Notes: a model not told the origin generated them from the letters alone. DNA of 64,000 bases from Patescibacteria group bacterium (GCA_041661725.1 JBAZTX010000003.1:218794-282793), one strand, 5' to 3'. Numbered from the stretch's first letter, positions 1 to 9,603 are shown. A program made the numbers and translations.

Positions 1-600
1 GCGGATGAGATCGCTCAGCAAAATAATCTGGCGGAAGGTCAGGTAAAAGTCGGCATGGCATTGGTAGTCCCCGGTGGGCAACCGGCGGCGATCGAACAAA
101 CGAGAATTTTAGCAGTCGGCAACAGTAAGGAAGCTGCAGCGCGCTTGTCAGAGCCGGGAGCGTCTTCAATTTCAGTGCCTCAAACAGCAAATCCGACTAA
201 AAAACCTTCAGATGTCGTAGAGAAACCTAATGCGGTAAAAACAAAATTGTTTTGGCCGACCAGTGGTCACGTTATCACTCAGTACTATGGCTGGAAGCAT
301 ACGGGTCTTGATGTTGACGGAGATTTTACTTCGCCTTTGTATGCGGCAGAGGATGGCGTAGTAGAAGTTTCCGGTTGGAACAGCGGCGGTTACGGTTTGA
401 TGGTTTTGATAGATCATCCGAACGGCATAAAAACTCGTTACGGCCATGCTTCAAAACTTTTCGTCAAAGCCGGCGACACTGTCCATCGCGGCCAAGTCAT
501 CGCCATGATGGGATCGACGGGCCGTTCCACCGGTTCGCACTTACACTTCGAGGTTTACGTCAACGGTAAGCGCGTGAATCCGTTGTTGTATATAAGATAA
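1..600 (+). CDS. LysM / M23-family peptidoglycan metallopeptidase, 5' end cut by window edge
   Basis: Frame 1 is open from base 1 (ADEIAQQNNLAEGQVKVGMALVVPGG looks like the end of a LysM repeat). The C-terminal half has M23 signatures HTGLDVDG, GYGLMVLIDHPNGIKTRYGH and GSTGRSTGSHLHFEV. Confidence 0.85.
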   Translation, partial: ADEIAQQNNLAEGQVKVGMALVVPGGQPAAIEQTRILAVGNSKEAAARLSEPGASSISVPQTANPTKKPSDVVEKPNAVKTKLFWPTSGHVITQYYGWKHTGLDVDGDFTSPLYAAEDGVVEVSGWNSGGYGLMVLIDHPNGIKTRYGHASKLFVKAGDTVHRGQVIAMMGSTGRSTGSHLHFEVYVNGKRVNPLLYIR

Positions 601-680
601 AACTAGAAACTGGAAACTAGAAAGAGCGATTCTGTTCAACTGTTAACTCTTTCCAGTTTCTAGTTGCAAGTTTTCAGTAT
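601..680. repeat. CTAG-rich palindromic element (family PE-1), full hairpin copy
   Basis: Arms aactagaaactggaaactagaaagagcg / ctctttccagtttctagtt surround a ~20 nt loop. There is a near-identical copy at 55283-55353, a split copy at 53231-53436 and a half copy at 26924-26951. Confidence 0.8.
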
Positions 681-767
681 TCGTTCTTGACCGTCAGGCC
701 GTTTTTAGCTAAACTCCACAAACTAAGCCCATCTATTTAATCAGGGCATACTGAGCAAAGTCGAAGT

Positions 768-2150
768 ATGGAACCAATAATCAACCAATTACCAGGCTCA
801 AAAGTCGAGCTAAAATTTACGGTCACGGCCGAAGAGGCGCAACCTTATATCGATCAGGCTGTTTCGGATATCAGCGAACATAAAACCATACCCGGTTTTC
901 GTCCTGGCAAAGCGCCTTATGCGGAAGTCAAAAAAGCTGTCGGCGAGATGGCTATTTGGGAAATGGCACTTGAACGTATTGTTAAAGCTTGGTTTGTAAA
1001 AAGCGTTTTGCAGCAAAACTTGGAAACTGTCGGCTCTCCGGAAGTTGCCGTCGATCAGCTTACGCCCGGTGCGGACATGAAGTTTACATGCACGGTTGCA
1101 GTAATGCCTGCGATGCAAAAAATTGAAGTTATCGCAGAACCATTTATTGAGCTGAAAAGCAAAGATGTCACCGAAGATGAAATCAACAAAGCGGTCGAGG
1201 ATTTGCGCAAGATGCGCCATCAAGAAGTTGTAACGGATGCACCGGCAGACAAAAATAGCTTGATGATCATCGATCTTGAGATGAAGAAAGACAATGTCGT
1301 GCTGGAGGGCGGCGTTGCAAAAAGCTATCGCGTTTATTTGACTGAGGAACATTACATTCCCAACTTCGCCGATCAGTTGATTGGATTAAAGAAGGGCGAT
1401 CACAAAGAGTTTAAACTGCCGTTCCCCAAAGAACATTTTCAAAAGATTTACGCCGGCCAGGAAATTGATTTTGACGTAACGGTCAACGACGTATACGAAA
1501 TTAAACTTCCGGACGTAAACGATGAATTCGCCAAAAGTCTCGGTCTTGAAAATCTGCAAGCATTGCGCGATCTGCTCAAAAAAAACATGCAATCGGAAAA
1601 CGACAGGCATGCGATGGATAAAGCGGAAGTCGAGCTGCTCGAAACGCTGGTTAACAAATCATCTTTCACCGAAACGCCGGAGATTCTCATCAAAGAAGAA
1701 GCGCGCAGAATGGTTGACGAAATTAAACGCGACGTGGAAAGCCGCGGCGGACGCATGGAGGATTATTTGTCCAGCCTCAAAAAATCAGTCGACGAGCTGC
1801 GTTTGGATTTTATCCCGCAGGCCATCAAACGCGTGCAGACCTCGGTTTATGTCCGCAACATTGCCAAAGAAAATAAACTCGAAGTCACTGATGCGGAATT
1901 GGATAACGAGATAGACAGATTGCTGGATGTTGCAAAAGATCAAGACAAAGACGTGCGCGACCAAATCAGCTCGCCGGAGTATCGCGATTACGTCCACACT
2001 GTGATGAAAAATAGAAAAACTTTGGAGCTTTTGAAGGAAAAAGGCATCAGAGATTACAAAAAATTCATGGAACGTTTTGCGCAGGAAGATGCCGAACATG
2101 TCCATGACCACGGCGAACACGTTCACGGTCCGGATTGCCAACACGAATAA
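768..2150 (+). CDS. tig: Trigger factor
   Basis: 460 aa with N-terminal ribosome-binding motif GFRPGKAP, a central FKBP-like region and a helical C-terminal arm. It ends in an unusual His-rich tail, AEHVHDHGEHVHGPDCQHE. Confidence 0.9.
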   Translation: MEPIINQLPGSKVELKFTVTAEEAQPYIDQAVSDISEHKTIPGFRPGKAPYAEVKKAVGEMAIWEMALERIVKAWFVKSVLQQNLETVGSPEVAVDQLTPGADMKFTCTVAVMPAMQKIEVIAEPFIELKSKDVTEDEINKAVEDLRKMRHQEVVTDAPADKNSLMIIDLEMKKDNVVLEGGVAKSYRVYLTEEHYIPNFADQLIGLKKGDHKEFKLPFPKEHFQKIYAGQEIDFDVTVNDVYEIKLPDVNDEFAKSLGLENLQALRDLLKKNMQSENDRHAMDKAEVELLETLVNKSSFTETPEILIKEEARRMVDEIKRDVESRGGRMEDYLSSLKKSVDELRLDFIPQAIKRVQTSVYVRNIAKENKLEVTDAELDNEIDRLLDVAKDQDKDVRDQISSPEYRDYVHTVMKNRKTLELLKEKGIRDYKKFMERFAQEDAEHVHDHGEHVHGPDCQHE

Positions 2151-2154
2151 ACGA

Positions 2155-2187
2155 ACAAAAAACCCCGACATCACGTCGGGGTTTCGT
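2155..2187. terminator. Bidirectional hairpin terminator between convergent genes
   Basis: aaaaaaccccgac-atcac-gtcggggttt has a 7 bp GC stem flanked by an A-run and a T-run. It lies between the tig stop and the stop of the minus-strand gene. Confidence 0.8.
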
Positions 2188-2815
2188 TTAGCCTTTGAAA
2201 ATCTTTTTTGAAAAAGATTTTGGAAAGATGAAAAATCGTGTGAGTGATAAAGTAGGCTGCGAAAACGTCGATGGAATAGTGCCAGTGTCCCAAAAGAACC
2301 GCGCATGCAAACAAGATCGAAACTGTCAGGAAAAAATAACGCAGGATTTTTTCGCGCCAAAATATAAGCGTCATTAAAAAAGGCAAACCGGTGTGGCCGG
2401 AAAAAAACAAATCTCCCGTAAAGTTGAACCAATCGACGATGCGGCTTTCGTCTATCGGCGCTTGTGTTGGAAATGGTCCAATGTGCGTCAGTGAAACTGC
2501 GAACGCGCGAATGAAGATGAAAAGCGCAACTGTCTTTAAGACGAATGGAATGCGTTTTGGTTCGAGCAAACAGATGAGCGTAACCAAGATTGCAAATATC
2601 GCAAAGCCTTCCACGAAAATAAAATCCAAATTTACAACCGGCAGATTGCTAAGTAACAGATCTGTCACGGAACTGCTGGCGCGGGAACTGGCGTAAGTGC
2701 CTGAAAAAAAGTTAGCTATCAAGCTAGCAATAAAAGTCAGAAAACCGAAAATAACAGAAATCGTAAAATCCCGTTTTGACCATAGAGCCCGATGTTTAGC
2801 TAAAAATTTGGGCAT
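2171..2815 (-). CDS. PAP2_C / sphingomyelin-synthase-like integral membrane phosphotransferase
   Basis: GDLFFSGHTG and HWHYSIDVFAAYFITHTIFH match the SMS D3 (C-G-D-x3-S-G-H-T) and D4 (H-Y-T-x-D-V-x3-Y) motifs. The protein has several hydrophobic helices. The ORF-track start at 2911 is TTG, so I used the first ATG (2815). Confidence 0.7.
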   Translation of the reverse strand: MPKFLAKHRALWSKRDFTISVIFGFLTFIASLIANFFSGTYASSRASSSVTDLLLSNLPVVNLDFIFVEGFAIFAILVTLICLLEPKRIPFVLKTVALFIFIRAFAVSLTHIGPFPTQAPIDESRIVDWFNFTGDLFFSGHTGLPFLMTLIFWREKILRYFFLTVSILFACAVLLGHWHYSIDVFAAYFITHTIFHLSKIFFKKDFQRLNETPT

Positions 2816-2907
2816 ATTTATATTACGAATCTTGTCAGGAATATAATTCAATCTTGCACCAAGCGCTTTATTTAAGCAAAGTAAAAAAAGAGCCGCCGAG
2901 GAGCGGG

Positions 2908-3768
2908 TCAAATCTTCGAAGGCTCGAAGATGAGCGAAGGGTCGTCGATCACGCGGTCGACGCGTTTATGGATGCGCACGCGCGAGAGGACGGAAAATAC
3001 TCCCAAGGCCGCGGCCAAGATGTAGACGGCGGTTGGCATGTCGGAGCCTAGCATCAGATAGACCTGGAAGAGCATGCAGATGGCAAGCCCGATGGCCTGA
3101 ATGGTACTCTTGGTCTTGCCGTAGTTCGTTGCTTTGCTGCCGCGCGCTAGACGTCGGCCGATCTTATCCATCCAAAACTTGAGCGGTCCCTGTTGTTTTT
3201 GCTTTTTAGCGGACCACCACATGCGAACGCCGATGTTGATCGGATTGCGAATCAGCGTGCCGAGCACATCCCAGACCACGATCCAAATGGTCACCCAGAG
3301 ATTGATGATGCCTCGTAGCGAGAACCAGACGATCATTGGAAGATACTTGAGCTTATCCAACGCAGGATCTCCGTACTTGCCAAAGCGTTTGGCTCGCGGG
3401 CTACGATAGATTCTATGCTTTTTCCAGAGTCTGGCCACTGTTCCGTCGGTCGTGTCCATGCTTGCACCGATTGTCGAGATGTTGAGCCAGACCGTAAAGA
3501 TGAGCCAAGTGCGCGGATCATTCAATGCTGAATGATGTGCTTGCGACACCAGGTTGTACCAGCAGTAGATGTATCCGGCACCCCCGATCCAGTAGATCAG
3601 AAAACCCCAGAGCGAAATCCAGTTGGGCGAAAAACACGGGAGCTTGATGCTCAACTTGTACAGCCAGTCCCCGGGAAAGAACTTGATGGAAAGAGCGATG
3701 ATTGCGGCGACTCCGTAAGGAACGCCGATTCTGATCCAAAGCGGTGATGACTGAAACAGTGCGTCCAT
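2908..3768 (-). CDS. CDP-alcohol phosphatidyltransferase-family membrane protein with atypically spaced motif
   Basis: DTTDGTVAR-x16-GKYGDPALD fits D-x2-D-G-x2-A-R...G-x3-D-x3-D but has 16 instead of 8 spacer residues. Multi-TM protein with ATG start and gggagg SD. Confidence 0.65.
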   Translation of the reverse strand: MDALFQSSPLWIRIGVPYGVAAIIALSIKFFPGDWLYKLSIKLPCFSPNWISLWGFLIYWIGGAGYIYCWYNLVSQAHHSALNDPRTWLIFTVWLNISTIGASMDTTDGTVARLWKKHRIYRSPRAKRFGKYGDPALDKLKYLPMIVWFSLRGIINLWVTIWIVVWDVLGTLIRNPINIGVRMWWSAKKQKQQGPLKFWMDKIGRRLARGSKATNYGKTKSTIQAIGLAICMLFQVYLMLGSDMPTAVYILAAALGVFSVLSRVRIHKRVDRVIDDPSLIFEPSKI

Positions 3769-3856
3769 GGCATTCCTCCCATTGCAGAAGTGACTGTCAA
3801 AACCGGTAAGGTTTTATCATGAAATATGGGGAAAAACAAGATAGGCCACAGGTGTT

Positions 3857-3881
3857 AAAAAAACAGAGCCAGTTTGGCTCG
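3857..3881 (-). terminator. Intrinsic terminator of the GC-rich orphan gene 3904-4392
   Basis: On the minus strand: gagccaaactggctc hairpin followed by tgttttttt. Confidence 0.7.
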
Positions 3882-3903
3882 AGCTGAAAGCTTGTGTTGT
3901 CTG

Positions 3904-4392
3904 CTATGCGCAGCTACTACCGTCTTTTGGGAATATCACTTCGTCGTCAGGATCTGGTGCCGGAAAGGCTTTGTGTATGCCGGGGCCTTGCGGCGGATGG
4001 CTGGAACGCATGCGCTCTCCCAGAGTTGCGGTGAGCACGTTCGCGTTGCTGTCCGATGCAGGAATCGGAGTTGCGTCAGGCGAGCTCACTGTACGAGCTG
4101 GCTGCGGTGCGGCCTCTGTCTTGCCGTAGAGGCCTTTGGTTTGCTTGAGCCTCTCGTACTCCTCTTTTGTGATCACCGTTTTGTCTCCGCGGCGATTAAA
4201 CACTTTTTCCGGATCGACTTTAATGCCCTCGATCCATCGGCAATGTTCTGTAAAGTACTCCCCGTTTTTATCAATCGCGGCGATGAAATGGATGACGTGC
4301 TTACGGGGAGTGTGTCTATCTCCAAACGTGCCTTCTTCCAGCAGCACGACGCCATTGATGCCTCGCGCCGCGTATTTTTCAGGAGAAATCAT
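3904..4392 (-). CDS. Hypothetical protein (GC-rich orphan cassette)
   Basis: 162 aa ORF with ATG start, strong SD (aaggagg), and its own promoter and terminator. It is visibly GC-richer than its neighbours. I recognise no motif. Confidence 0.65.
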   Translation of the reverse strand: MISPEKYAARGINGVVLLEEGTFGDRHTPRKHVIHFIAAIDKNGEYFTEHCRWIEGIKVDPEKVFNRRGDKTVITKEEYERLKQTKGLYGKTEAAPQPARTVSSPDATPIPASDSNANVLTATLGERMRSSHPPQGPGIHKAFPAPDPDDEVIFPKDGSSCA

Positions 4393-4432
4393 GGCGCCTC
4401 CTTATCGGCGTGAATACGTTTTTAGCTTATTA

Positions 4433-4461
4433 AACTTAACAGATATTGCTAAAAGTGGCAA
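4433..4461 (-). promoter_or_regulatory. Sigma70-type promoter for 3904-4392
   Basis: Minus strand reads TTGCCA, 17 nt spacer, TAAGTT, about 40 nt upstream of the ATG. Confidence 0.6.
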
Positions 4462-4659
4462 GGACACTTGAGTCTATAAAGTCCTTCCATCCCCGCATTA
4501 TATATAGGCTATGGTGGACCCGCCGTAGACTTGGGCGCAGGCGGGTAAAGTCTGTAAAGCATGCCCTGAGCGAGCATGAGTTAACGCGAGTCGAACGGGT
4601 CCTTAAAGTTCGTAGTAATGAAAAAAAGAGCAGTTTCGCGACTTGCTCCGGTCGAGTGG

Positions 4660-4824
4660 TTATCTGACGGTGATGGTCTTGGCGAGGTGGCGAGGCCGAT
4701 CCGGATTGAGTCCTTTGGCGATAGCGACTTCGTAGGCAAAGCGCTGCAACAGAATGGTCCAGAGAATCGGCGCCGTAAGCCGCGGGATTTGTCGGGGATT
4801 TTTAGCAGGTAAAAGGGATCTAGG
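4660..4824 (-). pseudogene. glmS: Relic of the 3' end of glmS (glutamine-fructose-6-phosphate aminotransferase); last ~45 codons only
   Basis: Minus-strand frame gives ...TAPILWTILLQRFAYEVAIAKGLNPDRPRHLAKTITVR*. This closely parallels the conserved GlmS C-terminus (PLQLLAYHVA..KG.DVDQPRNLAKSVTVE). It has no start codon, an in-frame TGA lies at 4825-4827, and it abuts the ASCH gene stop. Confidence 0.75.
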
Positions 4825-5167
4825 TCAACAGTGTCACAACCCTAAACCCAATCACAACCACCGTCTCATTATCTGCGACCGGTCTTTTGTACATCTTTTC
4901 AAATACTTGTCTTTGCTTTTCTTTTGATTCATATTTTTCATGCTCTTTGCCATCCAGTGGAAGATCGATAAAAGTCGTCCGAGAAACATTAGCGACTTCG
5001 ATTTCGGCAAAGGGCTGATTGGTCGAGCTGTCTTTGACTAAAATAGTGTCTCCATTTTTCAGAAAACCGTATTTGTCGCCCAAACGGTAAGTCAGGGTTT
5101 TTGAGCCGTCTTTAACAAGCGGAACAAGCTCCGCCGCAAAACCAAGGATGATGTCGGTATGGTGCAT
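4820..5167 (-). CDS. ASCH (PUA-like) domain protein
   Basis: 115 aa. The N-terminal pattern FAAELVPLVKDGSKTLTYRL...GDTILVKD is typical of small ASCH beta-barrel proteins. Confidence 0.6.
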   Translation of the reverse strand: MHHTDIILGFAAELVPLVKDGSKTLTYRLGDKYGFLKNGDTILVKDSSTNQPFAEIEVANVSRTTFIDLPLDGKEHEKYESKEKQRQVFEKMYKRPVADNETVVVIGFRVVTLLT

Positions 5168-5264
5168 ATTAATAATGATTCTAGCACCATCTGAGTTACA
5201 TTTGAAAGGTTATCCCCTTGACAATCTCATCAAAATATGGAACCGGGTATATATAGGACATGAG

Positions 5265-5315
5265 AGTCCATAAAGTCAAAAGTCCATAAAGTCCATAAAG
5301 TCCTTAAAGTCCTAG
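5265..5315. repeat. Tandem ~9 nt stutter repeat (agtccataa x ~6)
   Basis: agtccataa-agtcaaa-agtccataa-agtccataa-agtccttaa-agtcctag. A related ataaagtcc word occurs at 4475-4490. Confidence 0.85.
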
Positions 5316-5418
5316 TATTGATGTAAGATTAATTTTTATGTTGGCAGAAGGCATGTAGGGTGTAAGATCGATTTGTCGATGTTACGTGCTACGTGTTATA
5401 TGTTACATGACTATATAT

Positions 5419-7236
5419 ATGTTGAATTTGTTAAAAAAGCACTTTGGATACGAAACGTTTCGTCCGTTGCAAAAAGAGATTGTCGAGCATTGCGTTGCGG
5501 GCAAAGACGCGTTGGTGTTGATGCCGACAGGTGGAGGCAAGTCTTTGTGCTACCAGTTGCCGGCTCTTAAATTCTCGGGATTGACGGTCGTCATTTCGCC
5601 TTTGATCTCGCTCATGAAAGATCAGGTCGACGCATTGCGCGCCAACGGCATTGCTGCGGCTTACATGAATAGCTCGCAAAGTCCGACAGAGAACAGGCAG
5701 GTGGAAGAGTCTGCGGCACGCGGCGAGATTAAGCTTTTGTATCTTGCGCCGGAGCGGTTGGCTATGCCGCGCACCGTCGACTTTTTGCACGGCCTGCAAA
5801 TCAGCTTGTTCGCGGTTGACGAGGCTCACTGCATTTCCGAATGGGGGCATGATTTTAGGCCGGAATATCGCAATCTTGTTTCGTTGCGTGATTTGTTTCC
5901 CGGAGTTCCCGTCCTCGCTTTGACTGCGACGGCTAACGCCCGCGTACAAGGAGATATAATCGCACAACTTAAACTGCAAGGAGGACGAGTCTTCCGTTCC
6001 AGTTTTGACAGGCCGAATTTAACTTATCGCGTGCTGCCCAAAAAACGTTCGCTGGATCGTTTGGTGCAAGAAATCCGCAAGCTTCCGAGTCAAGCGGCCA
6101 TAGTCTACTGTTTTTCGCGCAAACGTACGGAAAAGTTTGCGGCGGATTTATGCGCCAACAACATCAAAGCCGCTGCCTATCATGCGGGTTTGACTGCGGA
6201 TGAGCGTTCGCGCATTCAAGATGATTTTATTCATGATCGAGTCCCCGTCATCTGCGCAACGATCGCATTCGGCATGGGCATCGACAAACCCGATGTTCGT
6301 CTCATCGCTCACATGGATTTGCCAAAGTCAGTCGAAGGCTATTATCAAGAGACGGGTCGCGCCGGCCGCGACGGTTTGCCTAGTGAATGTCTATTGTTTT
6401 TCTCGAACGGCGACCGTTTTTTGCATAATTATTTCATCAATCGGATGCAGGATGCCGATGAAAAGGTCCGCGCTCGACGTCAACTTGATCAAATCAGCAA
6501 TTATTGCGAACAGGACAAATGTCGCCGCGCATTTTTGCTCAAATATTTTGGCGAGGAATACGTCAAAGGTAATTGCAATGGTTGTGACGTTTGTCTGCCA
6601 AAAACGGAAGTCGCAACTGTGCAGGAAGTCGAGTTTGACCGCGAACTGTTTGAGGAACTTCGCTTGCTGCGCCGATCAATCGCACAAGAAAAGTCCATAC
6701 CGCCGTATTTGGTTTTTGGCGACAGGTCTTTGCAAGACATGTCGCGCTGGTATCCTCAAAGTAAAGAAAACTTTGCAAAAATCTTTGGAGTTGCGGAAAA
6801 TAAATTGCGGGAATACGGCACAGCTTTCATCGATTCGATTCGCGAATATGCTGAAGCAAACGGCATTGGCGAGCGTGAAATTCCGGAGGCGACAAATAAA
6901 CCGGCGAGAATTTCGCGTGCTCTCACTCCAACGTATTTGACGACCGTTGAAATGTACAAAAAGATGATGTCGCTTGAACAAATCGCGCAAGCGCGTGGCT
7001 TGGTGGTCGGTAGCATAGTCAATCACCTGGAAAAAGCTTTTGAGCTGGGAGTCGATCTGGATTTTTCGCGTTTATCTTTTCCGGAGGATCGTCTAAACCG
7101 CATTGAATCGGCTTTTAAAAAATCAGGCAATGATTTTTTAAGCTCGGCGCGGGAGATTTTGGGAGAAGGATTTGAATATGATGAAATCAAAATCGCGAGA
7201 ATGATTTTGAAGGCGAGGGAACGTTCGATGAATTAA
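5419..7236 (+). CDS. recQ: ATP-dependent DNA helicase RecQ
   Basis: Motifs [30 protein letters not shown] and LTATA, a Zn-binding C-x-C...C-x2-C region ([12 protein letters not shown]...CNGCDVC) and an HRDC-like tail. The ORF track starts at GTG 5386; in-frame ATGs lie at 5407 and 5419. Confidence 0.9.
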   Translation: MLNLLKKHFGYETFRPLQKEIVEHCVAGKDALVLMPTGGGKSLCYQLPALKFSGLTVVISPLISLMKDQVDALRANGIAAAYMNSSQSPTENRQVEESAARGEIKLLYLAPERLAMPRTVDFLHGLQISLFAVDEAHCISEWGHDFRPEYRNLVSLRDLFPGVPVLALTATANARVQGDIIAQLKLQGGRVFRSSFDRPNLTYRVLPKKRSLDRLVQEIRKLPSQAAIVYCFSRKRTEKFAADLCANNIKAAAYHAGLTADERSRIQDDFIHDRVPVICATIAFGMGIDKPDVRLIAHMDLPKSVEGYYQETGRAGRDGLPSECLLFFSNGDRFLHNYFINRMQDADEKVRARRQLDQISNYCEQDKCRRAFLLKYFGEEYVKGNCNGCDVCLPKTEVATVQEVEFDRELFEELRLLRRSIAQEKSIPPYLVFGDRSLQDMSRWYPQSKENFAKIFGVAENKLREYGTAFIDSIREYAEANGIGEREIPEATNKPARISRALTPTYLTTVEMYKKMMSLEQIAQARGLVVGSIVNHLEKAFELGVDLDFSRLSFPEDRLNRIESAFKKSGNDFLSSAREILGEGFEYDEIKIARMILKARERSMN

Positions 7237-7240
7237 TTAT

Positions 7241-8101
7241 ATGTCTAAAACTATACAAGGTAAGACGACCGAAGCGATGATATCTATTGTCCGTTTCGAA
7301 AATTCGGCGATTCGACGACATTGGGACGAAGATCAAGAGAAACAATATTTTAGCGTTGTTGATATAATTGGGGCTATCACGGGGAGCAGCATCCCCAAGC
7401 GCTATTGGACGGACCTAAAAAAGAGACTCAAGGATGAGGGATTTGAGGTGTACGATAAAATCGTACAACTGAAGTTTCTGGCTAAAGATGGCAAAAAATA
7501 TGCAACTGACTGTGCAGACGTAGAAACAATGCTTCGTATTATTCAAAGCGTTTCGTCGCCAAAAGCAGATCCGATTAAGCAATGGCTTGCTCATATCGGT
7601 TATGAACGTATTGAAGAAACGATCGACCCGGAGAAAGCCATCGATCGCGGAATGGCAACTTATCTGTTGAAAGGTTATTCTCCGGAATGGATTAACCAGC
7701 GATTGCGCTCCATTGAAGTACGAAAAGAGCTTACGCAAGAATGGAGCCAGCGAGGAATCAAAAACGGCGGTGAATTTGCACAGCTTACTGACATACTGAC
7801 GCACAGATGGTCTGGATTGCGAACAAGAGATTATAAAAAGGTCAAAGGTTTGCAGGGTCATAACCTTCGCGACCACATGACGACGCTTGAACTTGTCTTA
7901 AACATGCTCGCCGAAGCCGGCACAACGGAGATTGCGCGCGCGGATGATGCTCAAGGTTTTGACGGTAACCGCGATGCGGCAGTCAAGGGCGGTGGGATTG
8001 CCGGAGATGCGAGGAAGAAACTTGAAGAAACAACAGGAAAGCCCGTCATATCTTCTAGTAACCGTTTGCCGAAATCGTCGGATCGCAAATTTTTGAATTA
8101 G
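7241..8101 (+). CDS. Bro-N domain / DNA-damage-inducible protein D (DinD)-like protein
   Basis: RRHWDEDQEKQYFSVVDIIGAIT...TDCADVETMLRIIQSVSSPKADPIKQWLAHIGYERIEE...NLRDHMTTLELVLNML matches the Bro-N + DinD pattern. The gene starts 4 nt after recQ. Confidence 0.75.
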   Translation: MSKTIQGKTTEAMISIVRFENSAIRRHWDEDQEKQYFSVVDIIGAITGSSIPKRYWTDLKKRLKDEGFEVYDKIVQLKFLAKDGKKYATDCADVETMLRIIQSVSSPKADPIKQWLAHIGYERIEETIDPEKAIDRGMATYLLKGYSPEWINQRLRSIEVRKELTQEWSQRGIKNGGEFAQLTDILTHRWSGLRTRDYKKVKGLQGHNLRDHMTTLELVLNMLAEAGTTEIARADDAQGFDGNRDAAVKGGGIAGDARKKLEETTGKPVISSSNRLPKSSDRKFLN

Positions 8102-8167
8102 TAAAATTGATTCAATAGAAATAATAAAAGCCCGTTTGGTGCAGGTGGGCGAGGCCTGTGGAGAGAA

Positions 8168-8596
8168 TTATGTGCTGTGCTCTGCGAGATCAATGCCGAT
8201 GTCGGCCGGGCCAAATGAGTGGGGCAGCAGATCGGAGAGCTGGACGATGCCCGTCGCGAGCATGATTTCGATGTCGTATTTGTTAAGCGATGACCATTCC
8301 ATCAATTTTTGCCTGCATTTGCCGCAGGGCGGAATGATGGTTGGCGCACAACCCTCCAGTGCACCGACTGCAACAACCAAGATTGGATGTCTTTCACCGG
8401 CCGCGACCATTGCGCACAGAGCGGCTTCCTCGGCATGGGTGTCGTCATTATCTACGCCCTGCACATTGCAACCGATATAGATGTTGCCCGTCTTGGTGAG
8501 GACAGCTGCCCCAACCATGAACTTAGTGTATGGCGCGTAGGCATTGACTTGCACGTCCATCGCCCGAGAGACGAGCTCTTCAACCTGGTGCATCAT
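8168..8596 (-). CDS. cdd: Cytidine deaminase
   Basis: AYAPYTKFMVGAAVL, zinc ligands HAEEAAL and PCGKCRQ. The start is uncertain (in-frame ATGs at 8617, 8596 and 8593); the ORF-track start at 8677 adds an implausible leader. Confidence 0.85.
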   Translation of the reverse strand: MMHQVEELVSRAMDVQVNAYAPYTKFMVGAAVLTKTGNIYIGCNVQGVDNDDTHAEEAALCAMVAAGERHPILVVAVGALEGCAPTIIPPCGKCRQKLMEWSSLNKYDIEIMLATGIVQLSDLLPHSFGPADIGIDLAEHST

Positions 8597-8787
8597 TGCT
8601 GATGGCTCTCTATTCATTGATAGTCCTTTGTGAGAAGTTGCTGCGGAGGTTGTAGCAGAAAAAATAAGAAAAGTCAATAGTATTAAACCCCCGATAACTC
8701 GGGGGCTTTTGTACGTTATGGCTTGTGAAACGTCGCTTCGATGTTATTTTGCAGGTTTCGAAAGTGGGGAAGGAGAAGGTGTGATTG

Positions 8788-9603
8788 TTATTTACCCCTT
8801 ATGCGGAACAACCAGGCCGCAATGGGCAGGCTAATAATGATTATGCCCAGGCACCACGCCAAAGATATCCAGGCGGAGTTGCCGGAAGGCGTGCCGACCA
8901 GCCATGTTCGCATTGCGTTCATGACATGCGTCAACGGTTGATTCTCGGCGAATGCTCTCAAGACAGTCGGCATCGTTTGCGTTGGAACGAAGGCACTCGA
9001 GATAAAAGTCAAAGGAAAGATGACCACGAAGCCGGTCCACTGTGCCGCTTCGAGGCTTTTTACCACAAGACCCAGAATCGCGGAAAGGCTTGAAATGGCG
9101 AGGCTGAATAACAGTGCCAGTCCGATCACATACAGCCATTCGATTAACCCGGCAGTCGGTCTGAATCCAACCAGCAAGCCGACCAGGATGATTATCACTC
9201 CGGAGATGGCGTTGCGGATGAGGTCGGCCGTGATGTGGCCGATTAACAGAGTACTTGGATACATTGGCAGAGAACGCAAACGATCGACGATGCCTTGCTG
9301 CAAGTCAACAGCCAAGTTCATGGTTGTGTAGTTGGCGCCAAATGCCAAAGTTTGCACAAAGATACCCGCGAACAAATAGTTGGCATAACTTACGTCGCCC
9401 GTGTCTATTGCTCCGCCGAGTACGTAACGATTTAACAGCATAAACATTATGGGGAACATGGCGACCGACATGAGTTGATCCATGCTTCTCGTAATATGCC
9501 TAACGCTTCGTTGAGTCATGATCCAAGCATCTGAAACATACCAAAATATTTTGGGTTTGATTTGTTGCGTTTGGGCATTTGATTCAATTGCAAGAGTAGT
9601 CAT
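8788..9603 (-). CDS. ABC-2 type exporter permease
   Basis: 271 aa with six hydrophobic segments. Its start overlaps the stop of the upstream ATPase gene (ATGA), the arrangement seen in DrrAB-type exporters. Confidence 0.8.
   Translation of the reverse strand: MTTLAIESNAQTQQIKPKIFWYVSDAWIMTQRSVRHITRSMDQLMSVAMFPIMFMLLNRYVLGGAIDTGDVSYANYLFAGIFVQTLAFGANYTTMNLAVDLQQGIVDRLRSLPMYPSTLLIGHITADLIRNAISGVIIILVGLLVGFRPTAGLIEWLYVIGLALLFSLAISSLSAILGLVVKSLEAAQWTGFVVIFPLTFISSAFVPTQTMPTVLRAFAENQPLTHVMNAMRTWLVGTPSGNSAWISLAWCLGIIIISLPIAAWLFRIRGK

Noticed and set aside
4590-4625. A tRNA-like T-arm word (gagtcgaacgggtcc) in the 4393-4660 spacer.
   Set aside because: I could not build an acceptor stem, anticodon arm or D arm around it. 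The surrounding sequence matches the gcgagcgaag/cgaacggg repeat-word families instead.
7241-8101. The Bro-N/DinD-like gene might mark a prophage.
   Set aside because: No integrase, capsid, terminase, tail or lysis genes are nearby. The gene is tightly coupled to recQ (4 nt gap) and its composition matches the core.
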